A stretch of 64,000 nt of DNA from Octopus vulgaris (taxonomy: Eukaryota). This document shows positions 1-12,830 of the stretch, in pieces. Position 1 is the first letter of the stretch. Every line of letters begins with the position of its first letter. The translations under genes and the position numbers were made by a program. Where the stretch lies: contig OX597814.1 in the NCBI GenBank assembly GCA_951406725.2, forward strand, positions 217,992,001-218,056,000, written 5' to 3'. The notes under the pieces are model-generated. The model ran no database searches. It saw only the letters and a list, made by a program, of their open reading frames with translations, and was not told where the DNA came from.

Positions 1-2276
1 AATCTACATCTGCTGAATTTATGTATTCATAAGTTTTGTGAGCCTTCAACCACTTGTGAGCCCTTGGTGCACTGGGAAAAGAAAAGGCTGGAGAAGTCAA
101 CCTCAACGGCAATTCAAGGAGTCAGTCAGGCAGTCTGGTGTGCTCTTTGACACCCTTCCAGGAACTCAAGAGTTGGTGGAGCTCTCAAGCCCTGTCAATC
201 AACTCAGCTAGAAGAATACCACTCTAGTGTAAAACTTACAGCTTGCTGGACATTGCAGCTGTCTTAGACTACCAATCAACTGTGGCTAAAGAGAACTACT
301 ATACTACTATACTAGACTGTGACTAAAGAGAACTACTATACTAAGCACAGGCAAGAAGAAAAAGCCCTGTAACACCAAGGATCAGTTCACATAGCCACTG
401 GAGAGCTTTCCTCTCTTCTGCATGATCTTCAGAAATAAAGAAACTGCTCTCATATAATTAACAGCCAAATGAGCAATGTTTTAATGACAACATTTAAACA
501 ACAATATCAAAATGGCTGTCTTCTCTTATTTAATATATTCCCAGAGATAATGGTAAGAAATACATGTGCTCAAACTTTGTTCAAGTAGAAATACTGACAT
601 GTATTTTAACAATCCCAAAGAAATGAAGGATTAAGTTAAGCTTAATACAATGTGAGTCTGACAGGTTTTAAGATCAAATCATTATAAATATTTCAAACTG
701 AGTTGACACATACAATAATGTGAGTAAATATTATGAAAAAACTGCATGAAGTATACACACATGTAAAATGAAATTAGGTTTCTCAGTGCAAAGTGTGAGT
801 AGCTCTTAATAAGTATATGAAAGTCAGCATGAATTTGTTGTAGAGAAACAATGTTAAAAATCATGCATTTTATTGAATTAAGTCCCATACATCTCAAAGG
901 ATGCAAATGATGGATCTTGATAACAGAAATATTGTAGAAAATTCACTTATTATAAAAGTCAATCTTTCCCTCCTCTAGAAAGTGCCATTAAATAAATTAC
1001 AGCAGTGTTTTTGTGATAAGAATAAAGCCTACAACTTACTTCTTATATAAATATATTTGATGACAATTTTATTTTTTTTTACTTTATAAATATGAAAAGT
1101 TAAAAAGAAAAAAAAGCTAGCTATCAAAGATATGTAAATCGAAATCTTTAGTAGTTTCAATAAAAGAAGCATTGACAACCTCTGCTTTAAGATAAAGAGT
1201 AACAAAAAGAAAAATGTAAAAAAAAACCCAAAACTTTGAAAACCAAAGTCAACCGAGCAATTCAGAATATTAACAAATAAAAGTAAATGCTACGTAGCAT
1301 TTTTAGCACCAACATGCTACTGCTTCTGCCATCACAGATAATATCAAATATATCCGATTTCAAAACACCATCAAACATATAATAAAATACTTTTCTATAA
1401 ATTCTTGTTTTATTAACAAGATTGGCTGCTAGTAAATTATCAAGGATTTGTGAATTATTCTGGGCCAGCTGGACAAGATATTAGCCAACAAATACTTGAA
1501 TCAAGAATTCATATATGCACTGCAGGTATTTCATTGTCTCAGACTAAGATAATTAATTCTACATCATCTCAGTTCATCTAGTTGTGAGGAATATGTAGTA
1601 GGCTGTTTAGGAAAGCTATCTAACTCTGTATTCAGGAAAATATTTGACTTATCTACTAAAAGCTATAGTAACTAGCATTGCATGTCATGTCCTTTCTTAT
1701 TTTATTAGATTAATGGCTATAATCTGACATAACATTGCATTGATAATTCTGCAACTATTACTAATCTGCTACCAGGATTGCAATAGCAATGTCGTACAAA
1801 CTAAGAATTTACATCCTGCGTAAGAAATGTAACAAAAACACCATAAGTAGGTCAAATTATAGAAATGATATTCTTTGATTTTTTACTGAAATAAAGGTTT
1901 AAGCTTTTGTTGTCTCCTTTTTATAAAGGTTTATAACATCAATTTTTTTTCTTTAATTGAATATTTTCCAGGTGATTTACTTTTTAAAAAATAATAATAA
2001 TAATACACCACGAGAAAGACTGATTTTGTTTTTCTTAAATAAAAAAGAAAAAAAATTTTCTTTGAATGTTCTGTACTCAAAGGAAGATAATTTTCATTTG
2101 GAAGGAGTGTTCTTGTATGAATTGAGCTGTCTTCAAAACAAAAATAAATAAATATGAGAAAAAAGAAAAAAATTTAACACTAAATAGAGCTTTTTAAAAG
2201 AAACAATAAGAGTAAAAGTAATGAAAAAATCTTGAAACCACCAAGGACTGACAAATACCAGATGACATCAGACTTC

Positions 2277-2354
2277 CTAAATGCTACAGATGTTAGACCA
2301 GTTGTCGGCTCTATTCAGAGGTTCATCTGTTTCATCTATGACTAGTGCAACAGT
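2277..2354 (-). CDS. candidate terminal coding exon of an unidentified minus-strand gene (TVALVIDETDEPLNRADNWSNICSI*)
   Basis: Acceptor TTCTGATAG preceded by about 100 nt of U/C-rich sequence with no other AG (2357-2453). Only the phase-0 frame stays open for 25 codons to TAG. AT-rich UTR-like sequence follows. No homology recognised. Confidence 0.35.
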   Translation of the reverse strand, partial: TVALVIDETDEPLNRADNWSNICSI

Positions 2355-3187
2355 CTATCAGAATTGCAATAACAATAATAAATCAAAATAAATATAAATA
2401 AAGAGCATTGAAAAAAAAAAAAAGAAGAAGAAGAAATGAATGAGCAAAAATGTCTAAAGCAAGTAATAATATAGGATTAAGGTTTTGAATAGCAAAATCC
2501 ATTTTGTTCTACTACCACATACCAAATATAAAATACAAGGTTTGAAAGAAGTCTTTGCTTGCCCCCAAAAATTCCCACCCTCACACATTAAAATATGTGC
2601 ACATAAATATACATGGGTGTATGCCTATATATGCAAAGGTGTGCACACAAAGGAAAACAGATATATGCATATGAAGAGATAAGTTTATTATTATAGTGGG
2701 AACTGGCTACAACACTGAACATTTGTATATACATACATACATACACACATATGTACATACAGTGTGTGCATATATACAGACATGCATACACACACACACA
2801 CACACACATATATGTATACATATGTGTGTGCGTGTATATATAAAAAATAAAGAAAATGTCAACAAAAATAATTGCTTTCCAAATGGGCACGAAACCCCAA
2901 ATTTGTAGTGGTAAGGAAATGAGAATTTTGTTAGCCTTTTTTTTTTTTTTTTTAGCAAATTCCTTTGCCAGAGTGTAATAACCCAAATAAAAGCAATTAA
3001 AGCTAGATTTGTTAGTGATTTAACACTGCACTATAAGGATTCCTTCAAGAGGTACAAGATTGATTTTTTTTTGCAGAGAAAATTTATAGAGGGGAAAATA
3101 TATAGAGACCCATCTGTAATTTATACAAAAAAAAAAAAAAAATGATAGACAGCTGTTTAGGATGAGCTGGGCCACTCCCAAACTTAC

Positions 3188-3202
3188 CTTCTCATTCAAC
3201 CA
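3188..3202 (-). other. candidate 15-nt microexon (TGGTTGAATGAGAAG; WLNEK in phase 0)
   Basis: Perfect donor AAG|GTAAGT; acceptor TTTTGCTTGAGTTGATAG; frame-preserving and phase-compatible with the 2277-2354 candidate. Confidence 0.3.
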
Positions 3203-3876
3203 CTATCAACTCAAGCAAAATCACTTCACTCAGCTCTAGTACCAGGAAAAGACACAACAAGTAGTAATTTATTGATAAGCTTGAGAAACAAGATTATTTT
3301 TAGAGATATTACATATTTAATCGTTTCCCAACATGTTAGTTTTAATAAATATAAGTTTTCCTTCTTAATGTGCGTGTGTATATACATTGTTTTGTATTCT
3401 TATGAAAATATTAAATTTGTTCCTTGTCAAATTGACTGATATTTTGTTTTTAAGAAAGAAAAAGAAGGTAATTAAGAAAGTGATTCGATTCCTGATAAAT
3501 GGTTATCATAAAAATGACAGTGCAGTACAAGTAGTGCAGTACAATAGCTATATGCTTTCTTGTTTGTTTAAGTGCTTCTTAGCTATATGGTTTCAGGTTC
3601 AAGCCCACTGCATGGCAACCTGGACAAGTGTCTTATTACAGCCTCGTGCCAACCAAAGACTTGTGAGGGGGATTTGGATTTTATAGGCAGAAATTGAAAA
3701 AAGCCTATTATGCATGTCTTCGTTTTGGCATCATGTAATAGCTGTAAGCATCAATGTTACACAAGCAGTGTTGTTTGTTTGTAATCTTCCATGAAAACAT
3801 GCTCAGCTGGGGAAAATCTGCCTCAATGAATTCCGTCTGATCCATGCAAGCATAGAAAACTGAGCATAAAAATGAC

Positions 3877-4015
3877 GATGAAAAGAATATTAGAAGCATA
3901 AACACAATGCTTATAGCTTGTTACTTTGCAGCCTCCACAAAAATGATGATGACAATGATGATGAAAAGAATATTAGAAGCATAAACACAATGCTTATAGC
4001 TTGTTACTTTGCAGC
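3877..4015. repeat. 56-bp direct duplication (3877-3932 / 3960-4015)
   Basis: GATGAAAAGAATATTAGAAGCATAAACACAATGCTTATAGCTTGTTACTTTGCAGC occurs twice, next to a decayed (GAT)n retroposon tail. Confidence 0.9.
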
Positions 4016-5931
4016 ATTAATTGGTTTCCCTCGTCAACTGATTTCTAATATCACATATCAAAATCCAAAAATATTATACTTTGATTAAAAGGAAAAGTAA
4101 TGTAATGTGTTAAGTTTTTCCTAACTGGGGTTAATGACTTTCTAAAATATTAAAGCAACATTTGAACAATTATCAAAATACTGATGCATCCCAAAGCAGA
4201 CATTTTGGCTACAATATATTTGTAGATGTCTGCACACATTAAAAAAAAACAAAGCGCATTGCTCTTTAACCAATTGGCTTAATGGATACAGTAAGGGACA
4301 ATTAGATGCAGGCAGGAACTGATATTGACTGTAAAAATCTTGTTTAGCCTAAAGGTTAGGCAGTTCTAATTAACAAGTTAACTTTCATTGGAAAATAGAA
4401 GCAAAACTCCTTGGAAAGTTACCTGCAATAGGTTAGTGCCCTTCACACAGACACAACAACAACAACAACAAGCATAAGAACATTATTTAAGAATACACTA
4501 TTTTGCTATCTATTACCCTCATCTTTTATTGAAATGAATATTAAGAATTTATTTTTGAATTTTTCTTTTCATATGATCTTCACCATTTTAATGTCCACTT
4601 TAACATGCTTGCAAGAGTGAGAATTAACTGAGGCAGATTTTGTATGATTAGATGCCCTTCGTGTGTCAACCCTCAACTATTTCCAATTAACGTAACAATC
4701 CTCAAGTTGACTGAACAATATACAGCCCGAACATATTCAAGCAATGAACTCGAAACAAATGGTATCATTTGAATGAGCCTTTTGTTTACAAAGCTCATGC
4801 AACATGTCATGACATGTCAAGAAAAGAGGACATAGATTTCCTGCAAAGAATATACACAAGATTATCTATTTGAACCTGTATGATGGCACAATATGATGAC
4901 ACAGTGCAAATCCTCTGGCTACCAAATAATGAACTAGCTTCAACAGAAGATGAAATGAGCAGTGATGAAGATGTAATTTGGAGATACAGATCTTGAATAC
5001 ATATCTCAAGAAAATAGGGATTCAAGAACATTTACAAAAGAATATTGGAATGGTCTTACAAGTGACTAATCACTAACTAAAGAGAAGGCAGAATTATTAG
5101 CACACCAGGCAAAATACTTAGTGGCATTTCAGCTGTTCTTACATTCTGAATCAAAATTCCACTGAGGTTGATTTTGCTTTTCATCCTTTTGGGCTCAATG
5201 TAATTGACTTCCTCCCTCCACTTAAATTGCTGGCATTGTGCCAAAATTTGAAATCAATATTAATTTGGAGTGAAGGCATAAGAAGTATGATGACAACCCA
5301 GACAAAATTTATGATAGAAAATCATATTCACAAAACTCTAAAACAAAATAGTATAATATATTTACTCCTCAGTTATATGCACATCTAATTCAATACACAA
5401 TATAAAAATGAGATAAAAATTAATTGTGCATGAATTAATAAAGAATATGTTGTATGCGTTTCAGTTCTTGAGCGAAAAATGTTATTTAATACACTTTAAA
5501 GTTTTGATTATATAAAAAAAGGAAAAATTTAAATTATCGTATTTGTAAAACTAGACACACTAACGAAAAGCTAAAGACAGATGTAGAATCAATGTTCAAA
5601 ATGCATTCAGGAAACACTAAGTGAAAACAAAGAGTTTATATTCTCAACCAGGATTGTCAAAGTTTTAAACAATTTTTAGACTATGTTTTCTTTGAGGCTA
5701 CAAAATCATCTTCGTCTTGTGTATGTAGTGTTATAACGAGAAACGAGCTCATAGGGATAATAAACTGACAGCGATCCATGTAATCAAAGAATTTTATTGA
5801 AAATATATACTGAAATGGTTTCCGATTGCCTATTCAGGCCCATGGAAAGATGTCAGTGAGCATCACAATCGAATGAAACACTTATCACTGTAAGCAGCAC
5901 TAGAATAAATCTACATATCTAGCTATATATA

Positions 5932-6415
5932 TACTTACTTTACTTTGATACTTTGATAGGTTTCGGCCATTATTGGCCCAGGCCATGTCTAACTTAATAG
6001 CACCACCTGGTGAAGTCTTTCAAGTCAGAATTTGGGCACTATGGCCCACTCAAGTAGAGAGTTATTGTTTACAGAGACATATCCGGGTGTAGGGGGTTTA
6101 TCCGGGATTTTTTGAAGGAATCTGTCCAAAGACTTCTTGAACCCTATAGGGTCAGTTTCTGTTTTAATGTGTTTTGGTGTAATGTTAAAGAGAGCGGGGC
6201 CAATTGAGGTGAAATAATTGTGCCGTATTTTTGTTATGAGATGAGAGTGCGATTTTTGTTTTGGGCGGATGGCACGGGGCCCAAGCCTTGGATGTACCTT
6301 AAAGGTGATGCCAACATCATTTGGGCAATGCTGATGGAATATTTTCCACATCATGCAGATGATGTAGCGCTCACGACGACGTTGGAGAGAATAGAGTTTT
6401 AAACGTGAAAAACTG
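5932..6415 (-). mobile_element. 5'-truncated CR1-clade LINE (ORF2 C-terminus, 3' UTR, short-repeat tail)
   Basis: LKLYSLQRRRERY...GPALFN...FKKSLDRFLQKIPDKP is typical of the CR1/L2-group ORF2 C-terminus; ends in an (AAAGTA[TC])n tail. Confidence 0.85.
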
Positions 6416-7115
6416 ATTTCTGTGTGTCTGTGTGTCACACTTGGACTCCTCTCCCACTATTCAATGACACTCCTACTTTTCTTCATGCTGGGGTGAGAGT
6501 AATAGTAGGCATATAGAGATGGTGAGAGTGGTGGCTAAGACAGAAAGAGAGAGAGAGAGAGAGAGACAAAGAAATTTAGAGAGAGTTGATGTTTTCTTAA
6601 AAGAAGTAGTGTTGATGGTGGCAGTGGGAGTAATAATAAAAGAGAGAGAAAGAGTGGGTATGTGAAAGAAAGAGGGAGATGATGTACAGAAATTCCTGTT
6701 GCCAACATACTAAACACTATCATTTTTGTTTCATTTTTTGCTTTCTTTAATATATACACACACATATATGTATGTGTATAACATACACTTCATTGAAATA
6801 AAGTTTCCCCAAAATTAAACATCTATAATATAAATCCTGTTTTGTGTGTGTGTGTAAAAGATTATAACAGCCGTATTTTTCAACTGATTTTCTACAAACT
6901 GGGAACATACATTACTTACGTTCCAGGGATGGTTTTAGACTCTTAAAATTTTTCACATAATGAATACTGGGCCCCCTGGGGACAGAAAACACCCGTTCCT
7001 GGGTTACATGAGAAAGAGAGGTAACTCTTTGTGAAGTAACTTTCTGAAATTGATTGTCTCCTTTACATCCATTGGTCATAAGAAAAGCAAAAACAATATT
7101 GCTTTTTATATTAGA

Positions 7116-7499
7116 CTAGCAGTATCGCCCGGCGTTGCTCAGGTTTGTAAGGGAAATAACTATAAAGCATTTTTAGAGAGTTATAGCCAAAAAATAGCAA
7201 AAAAATGGAAAAAAAATGATGGTAAATTTTTTTTGAGAGTTAAAACAGGTGGAGTTGCGTCCCCTAGACGGTCTGTGGTTTGGGTTTCTCATTCTCGACC
7301 CCATGTCGAATTTATCGATTTTTTTCAGAACTGGGGGAACTTTTCAAAATTTTCGCTGCGTTAGTTTTGAATTATGACATTGGGCTATGTGTGTGTCAAG
7401 TTTCATCAGAATCGGTTGAAAGCCGTGGTCAGAGTGAGGGTACGAGAAAACAGACACACAGAAAACGCACAGACAAACTGCCGTTTATATAGAGAGAGA
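7116..7499 (-). mobile_element. non-autonomous Helitron nested inside the Helitron above
   Basis: 5' TC, 3' GC-rich hairpin (..GAGCAACGCCGGG) then CTAG; inserted between A7115 and T7500 with no TSD. Confidence 0.85.
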
Positions 7500-7695
7500 T
7501 TCACGTCTTTGAAAGTTTAAAAAAAATATCAACTTCTGGTTTTCTAGAGTCAGTAACATTTATATCTCTCTACCCACTTCTCTCTATCTATATTGCTCTA
7601 TCCATATTGTTTCCACTTTTATTGTTTTCACCGTAAATTTTCAATCGCTATTTACAAATAACAACAACAAATTATTGACAGAAAGAAGTTCACAA

Positions 7696-7776
7696 TTACT
7701 GATGAAAGTAATTTCATACATAATTTACTGATGAAAGTAATTTCATACATAATTTACTGATGAAAGTAATTTCATA
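7696..7776. repeat. 29-bp tandem repeat, about 3 copies
   Basis: Unit TTACTGATGAAAGTAATTTCATACATAAT; each unit contains the hairpin ATGAAA-GTAA-TTTCAT. Confidence 0.9.
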
Positions 7777-8406
7777 AACTTCACTTCAATCCATATACAC
7801 TTAGTTAATTTCCCTAAAAATTTCATATTTACTTTTGCAACGGTTTTGTGTTTTTTTTGTTAATGGCTTTTTTCTGGTACCTTCAATACCGGCTCTTTGG
7901 TTCACTAAGTGACAAATTTGGCTTCAACCTGTACAACTCTTTATTTTCCATAAAAATTTCTTATTTCCTTTTTGCCTTTCATATTCAGAAATATAATTTC
8001 TGTTACCCAGTTATTTTTATTGTTTACTTTCTTCTGCACCTGTGTATTTCTGTATACGTATATAACCATGCCAAGAACGAAGGTGTCAAATTTGTCCACA
8101 ATGTCAGGGTCATCAAAAAGAATGTCTTGGTCCAGGGAAAGAGAGACAGCGGCAGAAATGGAACCATACCAAGAAATGAACAGACTGTGCACTACAAAAA
8201 CCAGAGCATCTCAAAGGGATGAACAGAGGTATGCATGGCTTTCAAAGTATAGGATCTCCACTGCAGAGCGAAGAGCAGTTGCAACAGTTCAGAAAAGCAA
8301 TTTCTATGAAGCAGCTTTCAAATATGATCCAGCAGTTTTTTATGCAGATGGCATTAGAGATTTCATGGAAAACGGACGTTAAACGATGATGATGATATAT
8401 ATATAT

Positions 8407-8541
8407 GGGCTTCTTTCAGTTTCCGTCTACCAAATCCACTCACAAGGCATTGGTCGGCCTGGGGCTATAGTAGAAGACACTTGCCCAAGGTACCATGCAG
8501 TGGAACTGATCCCAGAACCATGTGGTTGGTAAGCAAGCTAT
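8407..8541 (-). mobile_element. SINE family A, 5' fragment
   Basis: Matches the head of full copies such as 12389-12830. Confidence 0.85.
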
Positions 8542-8566
8542 TTATCGCACAACTTCTGTGTGTGTG

Positions 8567-8621
<55 letters not shown>

Positions 8622-9887
8622 CTCACATATATATATATGAGGAGGTTATGAGTGTGTGTGTATAGTGTATACACATAAGGCAAAATCCTCTACTCTTTCA
8701 GTAGATACAAGAGGGGGATAACTTTCACTTTACACATTCATTTGATCTTCTAAAACTAACAACTAAATCTCTGTCAATTAATACCTACTATCTTACCGAA
8801 GGAAGGGCTCATTAGACAATGTAGTCTTACATCCGCTATTAAGTATATTACATCCAACCACTACTCATGAGCATGTAAGGCTTGGTTACATTTATACTGT
8901 CACTAATTGCTTTAATTGCTTATGCTAATTGCAAACATAGCCATCCTGTGAGACACCCTACACCTCAATTTTGATCCTGTGGGACATCCAGCATGTGAGA
9001 ACTAGAGAAGAGATCTGCAACATCACACTGATGGTGCTCACTGCAGATGAGGGGACTGGAACAAGTATGAAATGAAGGACACAGTATGCTGCTTAGTCCA
9101 GGAATTGAACTCGTGATCTTATGATCTAGCCAACATGCGTTACACGTGGAATACTTCTGCTCATAGGATTACTGAATTAGGGCCAAGCTGGAGCTAAAAC
9201 ATCAGTTCCATGAATAGGAAAGTGGAGTAGAATGTTTCATTGTTTGCAGTAATTAGTCAACTCATCTCTTTTATACATGGCTGGTGATGAAAGGGCTTTG
9301 TTTAGCCCTTTTAACTTGTTCTGGAGACACTATCAACTCTTCCTTTGTATACAGTTGGTGAGGAATGGGCTTTGGCAGGCCGACTTGCTGTAGATAAATT
9401 ACTCAAGAATAAACTCTTTAGTTGTGCTCCTATGACTGCGTATTTATTATAGTAGGAGGAATATGAGGATTGAAAAAAAGGCAGGCAAATTCCTGTAATC
9501 AATAGTATTTAAAAGGGATTTCAATTTTATAAACATAATTTCCATGGGATGCAAACTCTACTGTGTTCTCAATAACGAAGAGTGGGAAAATGTCAACAAA
9601 TTTTGTTAATATCTATCTTAAGGGGTCCTAGGATTTGTCACATTGATAGCTACTGCTACAGGGCAGTAGTTCCCAACCTTTTTCAGCCCAGGGACCATTT
9701 TTTACTTGAAAAAATTTCTAGGGACCACTTCTACTTTTACTTTATGCTGTTCTATTTTCACATTAAAATACTTAATGAAAAGACAAAATAGTCTATTTAC
9801 ACTTTTAAATTTATTTTAGAAAACAAAAGATAAACACCAGATATCAAAATCATTTTTCATAAAGTCATTCCTTTTGAGTCCATTCAG

Positions 9888-11700
9888 CTAGTGACTAGCT
9901 TGATACTGGTGTTTCTCACACAAGATATCATAATCAATTTTAATGAACTCATTTAGTCTGAGTCTGATAGTTCCTCTGCTGTTGACATCTAATTTATTTC
10001 TTTTTCTACTTAAAATATCTACAACAGATGAAAATGCAGATTCCACCATCCATGTGGTAGGGAAAGAAATGATGCTTGCTACATGTCGAAAAATATTTGG
10101 GTGTGATCCCTTTATCGATATGTAGGCAAAGACACCCCCTTTTTCAACTCTTCTTCTCAGTTTCATATTCTCTTTCAAGTCCCACATTTCAGCCACCTCA
10201 AAATTTTCATCTCCTGGCTCATAATCTTCTAGGTCTACAAACCAGAGTGGATAATCCATCTTTAATAAATCATTGTATCTTTTCTCAAAGTCTACATGAA
10301 AACCTTCAAGATGGGCAATGCATGAAGCAATGCATTCTGATGTAGGAACGGTGGTGTTAAAATTTCAAATGATGCCAATCTTTTTTTTTTAACTGTTTTT
10401 TCCAAAATTTTAATTTCCCCATACAGGCTAGAGTAGAAGACACTTGCCCAAGGTGCCATGCAGTGGGACTGAACCCAGAACCATGTGGTTGGTAAGCAAG
10501 CTACTTACCACACACCCATTCCTGCGCCTATGTAGAATATTTTTGATTTAAACTGGGAAAGTCTTTCCAAAATTTTCTTAGCTGTATCAGTTTGCTTCTT
10601 GGATTTGTAATGAGTCATCTGACTCTTGAACATGAGAAAGTTGATTAATGGTTCCCACAAATTCACCAGTCTTTCAATGCTCAGGCCTTTTGACAACCAT
10701 CTTACTTCTGTGTGAAGCAATAGGGTTTTAAAATTTTCCTCTTTACAGAATTGCATAAAAAAATCTGTTATTCATTGAGTTTGATTTGACAAAGTTAATT
10801 GCATGTATGGCAGTGTTGAGTGCTTCTTCCATCTGTCCTCCAATATTCTTAGCAACCAGATGCTGCCTGTAGATAATGCAATGTATATAAATGATGTAAG
10901 GAGCAACTGATTTCATTCTGGAAACAAAGTCTTTCATTTTTCCAGTCATGGCTGCAACTCCATCTGATGCAATGTTGATCAAATTAGTCAATGGAATATT
11001 TTTATCATTAAAATACTGCATTACTTCATTGAATATATCTTCTCCATTAGTAGTTTCAGACAAACTTTTAATGAATAACATTTCTTCCCTTATATCATCT
11101 TCATGGTTGAATCTGACATAGACCAGAAAGATAGCTTGGTTAAGAATTGTGCTATCATCAACCTGGATAGAAAAATTTATCTTTTGGAGAATTTCAACAA
11201 TCTTCTCCTCAACAAAATTAGACATTTCATCCTGTCTTCTTGTAATTGTGTTATTTGAAAGTGGAATTGTACTCAGAGTAGATGCAGCATCTTTTCCCAG
11301 AACTTCATTTGCACAAGCTATCATAGCAGGCTTTACAAGTTCCTCACCATAAATCTGAGGTGCTGCAACCTTGGCAATAATTTCAGAGACCAAATAACTT
11401 GGTTTAAGTGTCTTTGCTTTTTCAGTAAATATCTTCTTTACAAAAGTCGGGTAGTTTGATTGGCTGTATTTTCTTTTTATTCTCAAAATATTCCCTACTT
11501 TTATCAACAGATGATGGATGCCTTAATTTCTGGTATTGTTCCAGCTTAACTTTCTTCGTGGAATGATTTGTCATGATGGCATCACATTCAAGACACACAG
11601 GTTTGGAGTCTACAGATACAAAACCAAACATGATAAAATCTTCTTTGTAGTTCCTCAGTTTTGCAATTTTAGTAGCTGGTTCAGACATTATTACAACCAA
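9888..11700 (-). pseudogene. Buster-type hAT transposase pseudogene (frameshifted, SINE-interrupted)
   Basis: Four ORF pieces: BED-finger-like N-terminus (KPVCLEC..KLRHP), IPLSNNTITRR, FSIQVDDST, ASDGVAAMTG, IHCIIYRQHL, LLLHTEVRWLSKG, FPTTWMVESAFS. Confidence 0.92.
10426..10529 (-). mobile_element. SINE family A head inserted in the hAT transposase
   Basis: tRNA-like head sequence interrupts the transposase reading frame. Confidence 0.85.
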
Positions 11701-12388
11701 TCTTTTAAAAAATTAAAATAATAAATACTTTATTTTTATAAATTAAAAGTATCAAATTTATTATTAAACAATATTGTGTAGTGATCTATTAAAAATATCA
11801 AGTTTATTATGAAACTGTTGTGATTGTAAAATTTAAATTATGTAATTCTTGATTGTAATACGTTATTGATTATATATTATACATTATTGATTCTTATGGA
11901 ATAATTATTGAATTTTGTTTTCTTATTATTATTCTGTCTTCACATAAATTATTATTAAATAACAGTGTCTTTATTATCGGACAATATTGTGTAGATCTGA
12001 AATGGCTTCAAATTTTTTGATTACGAATTCTCTGGGGACCACCGGTGGTCCCCTGGGTCCACGTTGAAAATCACTGCTGTAGAGCATCGGGAAAATGCTT
12101 GCAGCATTTCTTCCGTTTCTTTAAATTCTCGGTTCAAATCCCAGTTGATGCCATCGATCTCAACCAAACCCGTCCCTTCAAAATTGCTGGATTTGTACCT
12201 CAATGAGAAATCAATACTTAAGATATTTAGTTTGAAACGAAGAATAATCTTAATTATATCACCATGTTTCAATAGTTTCTTCTCAAACTGTAAATGAAAG
12301 TATAACGTACAGAAATACCAACAAGATTTCTGGTGGTATATGAAACTACTATAATGTATTTTTGATGTTTGATAATTATTTTAATATA

Positions 12389-12830
12389 GGCGCAGGAGTG
12401 GCTGTGTGGTAAGTAGCTTGCTAACCAACCACATGGTTCCGGGTTCAGTCCCACTGCGTGGCATCTTGGGCAAGTGTCTTTTGCTATAGCCCAGGGCCGA
12501 CCAATGCCTTGTGAGTGGATTTGGTAGACGGAAACTGAAAGAAGCCTGTCGTATCATCATCATCATCATCGTTTAACGTCCGCTTTCCATGCTGTATATA
12601 TATATATATATGTATGTGTGTTTGTGTGTCTGTGTTTGTCCCCCTAGCATTGCTTGACAACCGATGCTGGTGTGTTTACGTCCCCGTCACTTAGAGGTTC
12701 GGCAAAAGAGACCGATACAATAAGTACTGGGCTTACAAAGAATAAGTCCCGGGGTCGATTTGCTCGACCAAAGGCGGTGCTCCAGCATGGCCGCAGTCAA
12801 ATGACTGAAACAAGTAAAAGAGTAAAGAGT
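12389..12830 (+). mobile_element. tRNA-derived SINE family A, full length, with internal microsatellite
   Basis: A-box-like TGGCTGTGTGG, B-box-like GGTTCAGTCCC, internal (TA)/(TG)n, 3' CAGCATGGCCGCAGTCAAATGACTGAAAC and (AGTAAAAG)n tail. Carries a family B tail fragment at 12553-12593. Confidence 0.92.

Larger units (their letters stand above)
6822..8352 (+). mobile_element. 5' portion of a Helitron with truncated RepHel N-terminus
   Basis: Starts A|TCTATAATATAAA followed by (TG)n. ORF from ATG 8068 reads MPRTKVSNLS...RERETAAE...EAAFKYDPAVFYAD, resembling Helitron RepHel N-termini. The 5' region recurs at about 42168-42366. Confidence 0.65.
9664..12076 (-). mobile_element. full-length decayed hAT DNA transposon, Buster/Charlie group
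   Basis: Imperfect TIRs CAGTAGTTCCCAAC / GTTGAAAATCACTG (10/14). Decayed 8-bp TSD ctacaggg / ctgtagag, differing only by transitions. Internal transposase remnants. Confidence 0.9.

Noticed and set aside
4883-4996. Short acidic ORF MAQYDDTVQILW..STEDEMSSDED, reminiscent of piggyBac N-termini
   Set aside because: Too short, with no TIR or downstream transposase to support it.
7696-7776. Three CTGATGA motifs as hammerhead cores or C/D boxes
   Set aside because: No GAAA core or stems I/III; a simple tandem duplication.
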